A stretch of 64,000 nucleotides of DNA from Pseudomonas sp. Its GTDB lineage: Bacteria > Pseudomonadota > Gammaproteobacteria > Pseudomonadales > Pseudomonadaceae. Position 1 is the stretch's first letter. Each line of letters starts with the position of its first letter. Under the pieces are notes generated by a model that saw only the letters and a program-made list of their open reading frames with translations, did no database searches and was not told where the DNA came from. Where the stretch lies: NCBI GenBank assembly GCA_032105665.1, contig DAMCQE010000015.1, forward strand, positions 549-64,548. Direction: 5' to 3'. Shown here piece after piece: positions 15,887 to 25,526 of this stretch. The position numbers and the translations under genes were made by a program.

Positions 15887-16726
15887 ATGTATCGATCACA
15901 TGCCCGTATCGCGGCCGAGAACCCGCAGCGGCTGATCAAGCGGCTTTGCAACCACTGGCGGCACAAGTTTCCCGTACAGCTGGACGAGCAGGGCGGGACC
16001 ATCGAGCTGCCGATCGGCCGCTGCAATCTGCGCGCCGTTGAGGGATACCTGAACGCGCACCTGGAATCAGCCGATCAGGACAAGACGCAGCAGTTGCAGA
16101 AGGTTGTGGCCGATCACCTGGCGCGCATGGCGGGGGAAGAGCGCCTGCAGATCGACTGGCAATCTGAAGCGGGCACGCCGCCCGGAGCCGCTGCGAACGC
16201 GAACACGGCGGTCGACTCCATAAGTCGCTACGGCACGGTTTCGCGGACATTCCACTGGCTGATGGCACTGCTGATCGTCTGGCAGTTTCTCAAGCTGGGC
16301 GACCGCATCGCCGAAGGCGAGCACTGGGTCGGGCAGACCCTGGTGCCCTGGCATGTTTCCCTTGGCGCGGTGCTGCTGGTACTGGTGGTGCTGCGCATCG
16401 TCTGGGCGGCGAGCCAGCTCAAACAGCGCCCGCCGCACGACCCGGCCACAGCATGGCTGGTCAAGGGCGGTCACATGGCACTGTACGGCTGCATGTTGCT
16501 GATGCCGATCAGCGGTCTGCTGTATCTGATCGGCAATGGCTACGGGGTCAAGGTGTTCGGCCAGCAACTGGTGGAGAAAGGCCCGGAGATCGCCTGGGCC
16601 GCCTCGCTCGGCAGCGTGCATTCACCGCTGGCCTGGCTCACCGTTCTGCTGGTGCTCGGGCATATCGGCGCTGCGCTGTATCACTGCCTGGTCAAGCGCG
16701 ACGACATCATGCAGCGCATGCTCTAG
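15887..16726 (+). CDS. DUF2218-like domain fused to cytochrome b561
   Basis: N-terminal 'RLCNHWRHKF...VVADHLARMA'; C-terminal 4-TM b561 (RYG..FHW, WHVSLG, HIGAALYH, MQRML). Confidence 0.75.
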   Translation: MYRSHARIAAENPQRLIKRLCNHWRHKFPVQLDEQGGTIELPIGRCNLRAVEGYLNAHLESADQDKTQQLQKVVADHLARMAGEERLQIDWQSEAGTPPGAAANANTAVDSISRYGTVSRTFHWLMALLIVWQFLKLGDRIAEGEHWVGQTLVPWHVSLGAVLLVLVVLRIVWAASQLKQRPPHDPATAWLVKGGHMALYGCMLLMPISGLLYLIGNGYGVKVFGQQLVEKGPEIAWAASLGSVHSPLAWLTVLLVLGHIGAALYHCLVKRDDIMQRML

Positions 16727-16735
16727 GGTCTGGCT

Positions 16736-17587
16736 TCACTGGCTGCTCAGCGCAAAGTTCGGCAGCGAGCTAACCGGCTGGTTGAAGCGGAAGGGGATCG
16801 ACAACATCGAGCTGCCATAGGCCTTTTGCACCACGAAGTGCAGGTGTGGTCCGGTGCTGCGGCCGGTGTTGCCGGACTTGCCCAACAGCGTGCCGAGCTT
16901 GACCTGCTGCCCTGGCTTGACCCGCACCGATCCGCGGCTCAGATGCAGGTAGGCGCTGTGGGTGCCGTCCTCGTGTTCGATGCGCACGTAGTTGCCGGCC
17001 GGGTCGGGAAACCGGCCGCCCTGGCCGTTGCGAATCTTCACCACGGTGCCCGCCCGAGCCGCCACGATAGGGGTGCCGACAGGCATGGCGATATCCACCG
17101 CATAACGACCGCTCGGCGAGTTGTGGCTGAAGTCGCCGCCAGCGCCCTGGGAGATGCGGAACGGCCCGCCTTGCCACGGCAGCGCGTACGCCGGCCCTTC
17201 GACCGAAACCGAGTCAGGCTGATCCGGCTCCGGCGAGAACAGCATCGCGTAGCTGAACGAATGCTTGAACATGATTGGCCCGCCGGCCTTGCGCTTGCTC
17301 AGGGTAGCCACGCGAACACGGCTGTTGGCCGGTATGGTCTTGCGAATCACCCCCTTGCCGACGCCGGCCACATTGACCATGCGCGTCAGCCGCAAGGTGA
17401 CCTCGACCGGCACTTCCAGCGTGTTGCTGACGTCCATCGCCTTGCCGCTACCGGCACGGTTGATGAACAGGCGCACCGAGCCTGGTTTATCGGCTTTTGC
17501 CTGGTTGCTGGAGGCTACGGCTGGCAACAGGGGGGTCAGCCCGAGCAATAGTAGAAGGGGATAAAAAAGCGGTCGCAGAGAAAACAT
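16736..17587 (-). CDS. Secreted M23 family metallopeptidase
   Basis: Signal peptide, H...AVDIAMPVGTP, YLHL and GNTGRSTGPHLHF. Confidence 0.88.
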   Translation of the reverse strand: MFSLRPLFYPLLLLLGLTPLLPAVASSNQAKADKPGSVRLFINRAGSGKAMDVSNTLEVPVEVTLRLTRMVNVAGVGKGVIRKTIPANSRVRVATLSKRKAGGPIMFKHSFSYAMLFSPEPDQPDSVSVEGPAYALPWQGGPFRISQGAGGDFSHNSPSGRYAVDIAMPVGTPIVAARAGTVVKIRNGQGGRFPDPAGNYVRIEHEDGTHSAYLHLSRGSVRVKPGQQVKLGTLLGKSGNTGRSTGPHLHFVVQKAYGSSMLSIPFRFNQPVSSLPNFALSSQ

Positions 17588-17673
17588 GACGTGTGATCCA
17601 TCACGGAAAAGACAAGGCTGCCGGCGACGAGCAGAACGAATCCGTTGGGTTGGTTAGTGGGCCGCGCTGGTTT

Positions 17674-17700
17674 TGGGACTTGGGTCACGCGATGAGGTTC
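17674..17700 (-). promoter_or_regulatory. Putative AlgU/sigmaE promoter of the M23 peptidase
   Basis: GAACCT-N16-TCCCA on the minus strand. Confidence 0.45.
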
Positions 17701-17763
17701 ACTACCGCGTGTCGTTTTTTGCGCGTGAGCACGGAACTCAGTCTGTGGCGGTACAGGAGCTTT

Positions 17764-17958
17764 GCGGTCGAGACCGCTCCCACATCCGTTATGGGTTTGG
17801 CGTGAGGTGGGAAGGGCGTATAGCCCGATTTCCGCGCGGCGACTGACTTGACACCAGTTCAGTGCGCTGACATTCAGGGACGCCAAGCCAGCCGTGCCAC
17901 TGAACTGTTGAAGCACCGCTTCGCGGTTGAGGCCGGGCGGCCCCGACCGCTCCCCACA
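17764..17958. repeat. Cluster of REP-like palindromes (GTGGGAGCGGTC family)
   Basis: GCGGTCGAGACCGCTCCCACA (17764-17784), GTGGGAAGGGCG...GCCCGAT, and GACCGCTCCCCACA (17945-17958). Confidence 0.5.
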
Positions 17959-18059
17959 AAACAAGTTGGTGTGGAAGAGGCAGCAATGGATGCCAGGCAC
18001 GCGGTCCCGGAGAAAGCCAACATAAGTTCCCCGGCCGCACTGGGCCGAGGCGACTTTGT

Positions 18060-20210
18060 TCACTCGTCGGACTTGATCAGTTCGAGCAGCAGCAGCGAAC
18101 GGCCGGTCACGGCGTATTCGTCGTTGAAGTCGAACCGTTCCGGTCGAGCGGTCGGGTGGTTGGTGTCGATCAGGCGATTCCAGTAGATACCCTGCGGCAC
18201 CTCCGGCAGCGTGAAATTCACCAGGTCATGATGCGCGTTGACGATGATCAGCAGCGTTGCGTCGGAGCCTGCACGTCTGATGCCCGTAGGCTGGGCTCGA
18301 CCGTCAAGCAGCATGCCCATGCAGCGGTTGTGCGCATCTTCCCACTGCTCGATGGACATCTCCTCGGCGTTCGGCGCCAGCCAAGTCACGTCCTTCACGC
18401 CCAGCTCTTCGTTGTAGGCACCGACCAGGAAGCGCCCGCGGCGCAGCATCGGGAAGCGCTGACGCAAGCGAATCAGCTTGCGGGCAAAGCCCAGCAGGCC
18501 ATAGCTGTCCTCGCTGATGTCCCAGTTGACCCAACCGATCTCGCTGTCCTGGCAGTAGGCATTGTTGTTGCCGTGCTGGGTGCGGGCGAATTCATCGCCA
18601 GCGACGATCATCGGCGTGCCCTGGGAGAACAGTAGCGTGGCGAGGAAGTTGCGCATCTGCCGATAGCGCAGCTCGTTGATCTCCGGGTCGTCGGTATGGC
18701 CTTCGACGCCGTGGTTCCACGACAGGTTGTTGTCGCTGCCGTCGCGGTTATCTTCGTCGTTGTCCTCGTTGTGCTTGTGGTTATAGGACACCAGGTCCTT
18801 CAACGTGAAGCCATCATGGGCGGTAACGAAGTTGATCGAGCTGAACGGACGCCGCCCGCGCTGGTTGAACAGGTCGCCGGAGCCGGTGAGACGGCTGGCG
18901 AAGTCCGCCAGCTGGCCGTCGTCGCCTTTCCAGAACGAGCGCACCGTATCGCGGAACTGGTCGTTCCACTCGGCCCAGCCGGGCGGGAAGCCGCCGACCT
19001 GATATCCGCCAGGGCCGCAGTCCCAGGGCTCCGAAATCAGTTTGGTCTTGGCCAGCACCGGGTCCTGGCGACAGGCGACGAGGAAGCCGTGGCGCTCGTC
19101 GAAACCGTCATGCTCGCGGCCGAGAATGGTCGCCAGATCGAAGCGGAAGCCGTCCACGTGCATCTCGGTCGCCCAGTAGCGCAGCGAGTCGGTGACCATC
19201 TGCAGCACGCAGGGGTGGCTCATGTCCAGCGTGTTACCGGTGCCGGAATCGTTGATGTAGTAACGCTTGTCATCCGGCATCAGGCGGTAATAGGAGGCGT
19301 TGTCGATGCCGCGCATGGAAAGGGTCGGGCCCCGCTCGTTGCCTTCGGCGGTGTGGTTGTAGACCACATCGAGAATCACCTCGAGGTCGGCGTTATGCAG
19401 GTGCGCGACCATCTCCTTGAACTCGGTGATCTTGCCGCTGGCCAGGTACTTGGGGTACGGCGCGAAGAACGCGATGCTGTTGTAGCCCCAGTAGTTGGCC
19501 ATGCCTTTTTCGAGCAGATGCTGGTCTTGCACGAACGCATGGATCGGTAGCAGCTCGATCGAGGAGACGCCAAGCTTGCGGATGTAGTCGATCACTTCCG
19601 GCGTCTTGAAGCCGGCGAAGGTGCCGCGCACATCGTCCGCTACCGCCGGATGGCGCATGGTGTAACCGCGCACGTGGGTTTCGTAGATGATGGTCTTGTC
19701 CCAGGGCACCTGCACGGGGTGGTCACGGCCCCAGGTGAAGGCCGGGTCGATGACCTTGCACTTGGGCACGAAGGGCGCGCTGTCGCGCTCGTCGAAACTG
19801 AGGTCGCCATCAGGGTGACCGATGGTGTAACCGAACAACGCTTCCGACCATTTCAGCTCGCCCACCAGTTGCTTGGCATAGGGGTCGATCAGCAGCTTGT
19901 TCGGGTTGAAGCGATGGCCGTTCTCCGGGTCGTACGGGCCGTATACGCGGTAGCCGTAGATCTGCCCGGGATGTGCGTCCGGCAGGTAGCCGTGCCAGAT
20001 CTCGTCGGTGTACTCGGGCAACTCGATCCGCTCGAGTTCGACCTCGCCGCTGGAGTCGAACAGGCAGAGCTCAACCTTCGTGGCATGGGCGGAGAAAATG
20101 GCGAAATTGACCCCCAGGCCATCCCAGGTTGCCCCGAGCGGGAAGGGCAAGCCCTCACTGATCCTGGACGGCGTCGTAACCTGCGACACGTAGGGCTTTT
20201 TCTTACTCAT
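18060..20210 (-). CDS. glgX: Glycogen debranching enzyme
   Basis: Motifs [32 protein letters not shown] and TAHDGFTL. Confidence 0.95.
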   Translation of the reverse strand: MSKKKPYVSQVTTPSRISEGLPFPLGATWDGLGVNFAIFSAHATKVELCLFDSSGEVELERIELPEYTDEIWHGYLPDAHPGQIYGYRVYGPYDPENGHRFNPNKLLIDPYAKQLVGELKWSEALFGYTIGHPDGDLSFDERDSAPFVPKCKVIDPAFTWGRDHPVQVPWDKTIIYETHVRGYTMRHPAVADDVRGTFAGFKTPEVIDYIRKLGVSSIELLPIHAFVQDQHLLEKGMANYWGYNSIAFFAPYPKYLASGKITEFKEMVAHLHNADLEVILDVVYNHTAEGNERGPTLSMRGIDNASYYRLMPDDKRYYINDSGTGNTLDMSHPCVLQMVTDSLRYWATEMHVDGFRFDLATILGREHDGFDERHGFLVACRQDPVLAKTKLISEPWDCGPGGYQVGGFPPGWAEWNDQFRDTVRSFWKGDDGQLADFASRLTGSGDLFNQRGRRPFSSINFVTAHDGFTLKDLVSYNHKHNEDNDEDNRDGSDNNLSWNHGVEGHTDDPEINELRYRQMRNFLATLLFSQGTPMIVAGDEFARTQHGNNNAYCQDSEIGWVNWDISEDSYGLLGFARKLIRLRQRFPMLRRGRFLVGAYNEELGVKDVTWLAPNAEEMSIEQWEDAHNRCMGMLLDGRAQPTGIRRAGSDATLLIIVNAHHDLVNFTLPEVPQGIYWNRLIDTNHPTARPERFDFNDEYAVTGRSLLLLELIKSDE

Positions 20211-20308
20211 GAAATCTCCAAAGGCGCATTCCGGATGGCGTACCGAGGCTTGTGTCGGCGCGGACGATCATTCGACCGATCCGACGCCGACAAGATGCCT
20301 GCCGCCGG

Positions 20309-20647
20309 TCAGCTTTCCTTCTTTGCCCGCGGGGTGCGCGTTTTCTTGATGGTTTCGGGGGTGCCGGCCTTGGCATCGGTGCCAGCCTTGGGTGAAGCAC
20401 GGCTCGCACGGGGCTTGGCCGCCGACGCATCCTTCACGTCCTTGGGCTTGGCTTTGGGTGTGGCATCGGTGGGTTTGGTGGCGGTCTTGCGTGGGCGGCT
20501 GGCAGGCTTGGCATCGGCAGCGCCGTATTCGGCCTCGACCAGCTTGCGCGCCATTGCCCAATGGCGCTCATCTTCCCCTTCCGGGCAACCCTCGGATTGC
20601 CAGATCTGATAAGCGAACTCGCGGATACGTTGCTCTTCTGAACTCAT
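20309..20647 (-). CDS. DUF2934 protein with Lys/Ala/Pro-rich tail
   Basis: 'EQRIREFAYQIWQSEGCPEG..HWAMA'; located between treY and glgX. Confidence 0.8.
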   Translation of the reverse strand: MSSEEQRIREFAYQIWQSEGCPEGEDERHWAMARKLVEAEYGAADAKPASRPRKTATKPTDATPKAKPKDVKDASAAKPRASRASPKAGTDAKAGTPETIKKTRTPRAKKES

Positions 20648-23454
20648 TGTTGGGATTCTCCATTTGCGGTCATAGACGTATGCAGGACGGCCGCCGATAG
20701 TCCGTCCAGAACGCGCGCAACCTCTAGGCTGGCTTGTTGGGATGAGACTGTCGTTCCGTCGAAAAGTCGCTCGAATTCACTACCGTTTAGCGCCTCGGGC
20801 AGTTCGATCCGGGTGTTGCTCCAGCGCTGCGCCGGAATGCTCGGTACTCCACGATCCCCCAGCAGATCCGCTGCCAGCCGCGGCACCACGACTACCACCC
20901 ACTCGCCTTCCAGCTCGCGGGCGAATGCCAGCAGCTGCTCGGCCTGCTCGCCAGAAACCGCAAGCGGCAGATAGCGGCCTTCGCTGAACAGCCGCGGGTA
21001 GCGTCGACGCAGCTGCAGTGTGCGGCGGATCACAGCTTGCTTGATGCGACCGTCGTGCCAGCTTTGCAGCAGCTCATCGAGCGAGGCCGCGCTGGCGAGG
21101 CTGTGCTGCCGCGCAGTGAAGTCCACCGGCCGCCGATTGTCGGGATCGACCAGGCTGAAGTCCCAGTACTCGGTGCCCTGATAGAGGTCGGGCACGCCGG
21201 GGGTGGTCATGCGCAGCAGACTTTGCACAAGGCTGTTCAACGCACCGGCAGGGGCCAGTTCGGCAGCGGCCGCAGCGATTTCGTCCCGTAATGGTGCACC
21301 TTCGCCGGTGAGTAGCAGGTACTCAACGTGCTGCCGACAGGCGCTTTCGTAATCGCTGTTGGGGTCGCTCCAGGTGGTGCGCAGCTTGGCCTCGCGCAGG
21401 GCTTTCTCCTGCCATTGCAGGATGCGTGTGCAGTACTGCTCCATCGCAGCCTTGTCGTCGGCCCGCAGGTCCAGCGGCCAGCTGCCGAGCAGAATCTGGA
21501 ACAGCATCAGCTCATCGCCCGGCGACGGTGCCGCACCGTCGCCAAGCTGCTGAATGTGGCTGGCGCTCATCTCGCGCCAGCGCCGCACCTTGCCGGCAAA
21601 CCATTCGGCGCGCTCGCTGATTACCGCGATGCGGGCACGGGTATCCTCGCCACGCTTATGGTCGTGGGTCGCGGTGGTCAGCATGTTGCGCGGGAAGTGC
21701 TCGGCGCGTTGCAGGCACTCGTCGTGGAATGCCTGCAATGGCGCGCTGAAGTGTTGCGGGTCGAAGCCGACATCGTTGCGCGACAGCAGAATGCCGGAGC
21801 GGTAGCAGGCGGTATCCTCCACGGCCTTCGCCGCAGCCGGCGACGTCAGCTGCTGGAAGCGTGTGCAGGCGTAGCGACGAATCTTGCGCAGGCTACGCGG
21901 CAGTTGCCGCAGACTTTCGCCGCCGAGCCAGCGCTGCAGATGCTCGAGCAACGGCCAGTCGGCTTCGCTCAAGGTCGTCTTCGCGCCGTCCAGCGCCTGC
22001 TGGAAGAACGGTTCATCGGCCTCGCGGCGGCCCGGCGCGGCAATGTAGGTGCGATACACCGGGAAGTGAATGATCAGCTCCAGCAGGGCGCGGCGAATCG
22101 CGCCGAGGGTGATGTCGCGGGTCATCACGTCGCCGCGGGCGACCTGCAAAAGCGACAGGGCGACGGTTTCGAAGTCGCCCGCCAGCGGGCCGGTCAGCAC
22201 CAGCTGGCGGGCCTGGCGAGCCTCTTCCATGAAATCGGTGGTGCGTCCGCTGGTCTCGCTCCACAAGGAGCACAGAAGTGATTCGCCAGCCGGGTCATGT
22301 TGCAGCAGCGACACTTGATTCATGAATTCGTAACCGGTGGTGCCGTCCACGCCCCAGTCGTCATGCAGCCGCTCGCCGCCGGCGAGGATCTTCTCGACGT
22401 AGATCGGCACGTGATCCTGCACCGCGTCCTGCGGGCGCCCGGCATTCAGCCGATCGACACGCCGGCGCAGGCGCCGGCAATAGCCGCGCGGGTCGGCCAG
22501 CCCGTCGATATGGTCGATGCGCAGGCCGTCGACCAGGCCATCGCCGATCAGCTCGAAAATCTTGGCGTGGGTTTCCTCGAACACCACCGGACGTTCGACG
22601 CGCAGGCCGCCCAGCTCATTGATGTCGAAGAAGCGCCGCCAGTTGATGTCATCACCCGCGGTCCGCCAGCTGGCCAGCCGATAGTTCTGACGTTCCAGCA
22701 GGCTGTGCAGGCGGCGGAAGCCGTCATCGGTAGTGGAGTCGTAGCAATTGAGCGCCTGCTCCAGCGCCTGGCGGGTGCTGGCGTCCTGCAGCTGCTCGGC
22801 GAGCTCGGTGCGTAGCAAGCGAGCGGCCTGGTACGGCGCGGGTTCGGTCTTCAGGGCATCGAAGTGCTGCGCCAGGGTACGCAGCTGCGGATGATCGGCG
22901 GCACGCAACACCTCGCCGTAGCTCGGCGGGGTGATCGGAAAACGGTGCTCGTAATGCTCGGCGTACAGCGAGCCGTTATCAACGTCCAGGCGCAGCTTCA
23001 CGGTGCCCTGCTGCAGCGCCTCGCCATAGTCGCTGCCAAGGAAGGGCACCAACAACTGGCCTTCGAGCAGGGGGTCCGGCGAATTCCACTCGATGTCGAA
23101 GAACTGCGCGTACGGGCTGCGGCGGCCCCACTCGAGTACGTCCAGCCACCAGGCGTTGCCCGAGCCACCGACCGCCATGTGGTTGGAGACGATGTCGAGG
23201 ATGAGCCCCATGCCCTTGCCGCGCAGGGCCTCCACCAGACGCTGCAACGCCGGTTCGCCGCCCAGTTCAGGGTTGATGCGGGTCGGGTCGATCACGTCAT
23301 AGCCGTGCATGGAACCGGGGCGGGCGGTCAGCAATGGGGACGCATAGATGTGGCTGATGCCGAGTTCTGCGAAGTAGTCGACCAGCGCAGTAGCGTCGTC
23401 GAGGGTGAAGTCGCGGTGAAACTGCAGTCTCAGGGTTGCGGTTAGGTCTTTCAT
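20644..23454 (-). CDS. treY: Malto-oligosyltrehalose synthase
   Basis: Motifs TLRLQF, GSMHGYDV, GLRIDHIDGL, THDHKRGED and SLVDPDNRRPVDF. Confidence 0.95.
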   Translation of the reverse strand: MKDLTATLRLQFHRDFTLDDATALVDYFAELGISHIYASPLLTARPGSMHGYDVIDPTRINPELGGEPALQRLVEALRGKGMGLILDIVSNHMAVGGSGNAWWLDVLEWGRRSPYAQFFDIEWNSPDPLLEGQLLVPFLGSDYGEALQQGTVKLRLDVDNGSLYAEHYEHRFPITPPSYGEVLRAADHPQLRTLAQHFDALKTEPAPYQAARLLRTELAEQLQDASTRQALEQALNCYDSTTDDGFRRLHSLLERQNYRLASWRTAGDDINWRRFFDINELGGLRVERPVVFEETHAKIFELIGDGLVDGLRIDHIDGLADPRGYCRRLRRRVDRLNAGRPQDAVQDHVPIYVEKILAGGERLHDDWGVDGTTGYEFMNQVSLLQHDPAGESLLCSLWSETSGRTTDFMEEARQARQLVLTGPLAGDFETVALSLLQVARGDVMTRDITLGAIRRALLELIIHFPVYRTYIAAPGRREADEPFFQQALDGAKTTLSEADWPLLEHLQRWLGGESLRQLPRSLRKIRRYACTRFQQLTSPAAAKAVEDTACYRSGILLSRNDVGFDPQHFSAPLQAFHDECLQRAEHFPRNMLTTATHDHKRGEDTRARIAVISERAEWFAGKVRRWREMSASHIQQLGDGAAPSPGDELMLFQILLGSWPLDLRADDKAAMEQYCTRILQWQEKALREAKLRTTWSDPNSDYESACRQHVEYLLLTGEGAPLRDEIAAAAAELAPAGALNSLVQSLLRMTTPGVPDLYQGTEYWDFSLVDPDNRRPVDFTARQHSLASAASLDELLQSWHDGRIKQAVIRRTLQLRRRYPRLFSEGRYLPLAVSGEQAEQLLAFARELEGEWVVVVVPRLAADLLGDRGVPSIPAQRWSNTRIELPEALNGSEFERLFDGTTVSSQQASLEVARVLDGLSAAVLHTSMTANGESQQ

Positions 23455-25526
23455 CGATGCGCAGCTCCACGATGGTTACGACGGGCCTGCGCAAAGGACG
23501 CCAGCCGGCGGCTACTGGCCGGGCTGTCGAGCAATGTTGCACTGTCGCCGGGATAACGGCGACGCCAGTTGGGATGGGTTTCGACAATGCCGGGCATGTT
23601 GGTCTGTTCTTCCAGACCGAGCGCATCTTCCACCGGAACCAGTACCAGCGGCGCGGGGGTGTGCGCCAGGAAGCAGATGGCGGCATCGACCGCCTCCTCG
23701 GCGTTCAGCAGCACGTCCGGGTTCTTGCCGCTGTACTCGCACAACGCACGATTCAGCCCTGCGCGTTCTTTCTCACGCGCTTGCCACTGGGCATCACGGT
23801 CCGATTCGGGCACCTGGCCGACCTTGATGCGCCAGTCGATATCGTGACCGTGCCACCAGCCCGTCAGGGTCGGGATATCGTGAGTGGTACTGGTTGCCAG
23901 CGCCTGCGCCGGGTACTGGGCAGGCGTCTGGAAATGGCCGTCGTGCTGTTCGAACAGCAGCACCCGCATGCCGAGGATTCCCCGTGCTGCGAGTACGTCA
24001 CGCAGGCCGTGGGGAATGGTGCCGAGGTCTTCGCCGAGGATCACCGCCTGGTGGCGCCAGGCCTCGAGGCAGAGCAGGCGCAGCATGTCGTCGAAGGGGA
24101 AGTTGAGGTACACGCCGCGCTTCGGGTCGGCACCGGCGGGTACGACCCACAGACGCTTCAGGCCCAGCACGTGGTCGATACGCATGCCGCCGGCATGGGC
24201 GAGGTTGGCCCGCAGCATTTCGATATAGGCGCGGAAGCCGTTCTGCCGCAGGCCCCAGGGCGAGAAAGCGGAAATGCCCCAGTTCTGGCCATCGCGATTC
24301 ATGATGTCCGGCGGCGCGCCAACACTCAGCGATGCCAACAGCTCGGCCTGGCGGCTCCAGGCCTGACTGCCGCCGCCATCGGCGCCAACGGCGAGGTCGG
24401 AAATCAACCCGATGCGCATACCGGCGCTGCGCGCGGCGACCTGGGCACGTTCCAGGCCGCGGGCCATCAACCACTGGCCAAAGGCGTGGTAACTCACCTC
24501 ATCGGCATGTTCGCGGGCAAAGGCCTCAACGGCCGGGCTGGAGGGGTCGCGGTATTCGCTTGGCCAGTCGTTCCAGTGCTGCGTGTGGCCCTGTGCGTCC
24601 CGCAAATGAGTGTGCAGGGCTTCGAAGCGGCAGTGGTTTTCCAACGCCTCGCCACCGCTCGCGCGGAAGCTGTCGAAATCCACCTGCAGGGCGTTGCCGC
24701 CCTTGCCGAAGTCGTCGAACAGCTGCCGCAACAGGCGATGCCGCGATTGCGCCACGGCCGGCCAGTCGATCAGCTCCAGGCGCTCGAGCCGTTTCAATTC
24801 CTCGCCTAACCCGCAAGTCTCGATCGCTTGGCGCAACGGCCGCTCACCAAGGATCGAACCCGGCGCGGCGTGCAGCACGTTGAAGAACAGCCGGCTCGAC
24901 GGTGAGTAAGGGCTGTACTGGTCGATATGTGCGCCGAACATGGCGTGCACTGGACTGATTCCAAGCGCATCGGCTCCGTGGGCAGCGGCGTTGCTGACCA
25001 GCGCCTCCAGTGCCTGGGTGTCGCCCAGGCCACCATCGTCCGCGCGGCGCAGCCCGTATAACTGCACCGTCAGGCCCCAGGCGTCCGCCCCGGCGATCTC
25101 GGCGACTGTGGGGCAGGAGAGCGGGGCGATAGCCACGGTCAGCTGATACTTGTCGATGGTCAGCCGGTAGTAGCCGGGCGTGTCGATGGCGGGCAGGCGC
25201 GCCTGGTTGTCTAGCGTGCCCTGCTGAACGCCACCATCTTCTGCCTGCAACTCGAAACGACTGGCCGCCGGAAAGTAGGCGGAAAGGTCCAGTACAGCGT
25301 GCTGATCGCAGGTCAGCAGCGGCGGCACGCCGCCGTGGTTGTTCTTGTGAGCGAGAATCTCGAGGCTGGCTTCGATATCTGCATCGGTTTCCGCCGCCAG
25401 CCCGAGGCAGGTCAGCACGTCGCGCAGTACGGCCGGCTCGACCCGTTGTTCGCGGTTGTCGGCATCGACCCAGTCGATGGAGAGCCCAGCGGCTTCCGCC
25501 AGGCGGATCAGGGATTCGTCGCTCAT
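23451..25526 (-). CDS. malQ: 4-alpha-glucanotransferase (GH77)
   Basis: Motifs SPYSPSSR, DLAVG, RIDHVLGL, GEDLG and THDIPT. Confidence 0.93.
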   Translation of the reverse strand: MSDESLIRLAEAAGLSIDWVDADNREQRVEPAVLRDVLTCLGLAAETDADIEASLEILAHKNNHGGVPPLLTCDQHAVLDLSAYFPAASRFELQAEDGGVQQGTLDNQARLPAIDTPGYYRLTIDKYQLTVAIAPLSCPTVAEIAGADAWGLTVQLYGLRRADDGGLGDTQALEALVSNAAAHGADALGISPVHAMFGAHIDQYSPYSPSSRLFFNVLHAAPGSILGERPLRQAIETCGLGEELKRLERLELIDWPAVAQSRHRLLRQLFDDFGKGGNALQVDFDSFRASGGEALENHCRFEALHTHLRDAQGHTQHWNDWPSEYRDPSSPAVEAFAREHADEVSYHAFGQWLMARGLERAQVAARSAGMRIGLISDLAVGADGGGSQAWSRQAELLASLSVGAPPDIMNRDGQNWGISAFSPWGLRQNGFRAYIEMLRANLAHAGGMRIDHVLGLKRLWVVPAGADPKRGVYLNFPFDDMLRLLCLEAWRHQAVILGEDLGTIPHGLRDVLAARGILGMRVLLFEQHDGHFQTPAQYPAQALATSTTHDIPTLTGWWHGHDIDWRIKVGQVPESDRDAQWQAREKERAGLNRALCEYSGKNPDVLLNAEEAVDAAICFLAHTPAPLVLVPVEDALGLEEQTNMPGIVETHPNWRRRYPGDSATLLDSPASSRRLASFAQARRNHRGAAHR

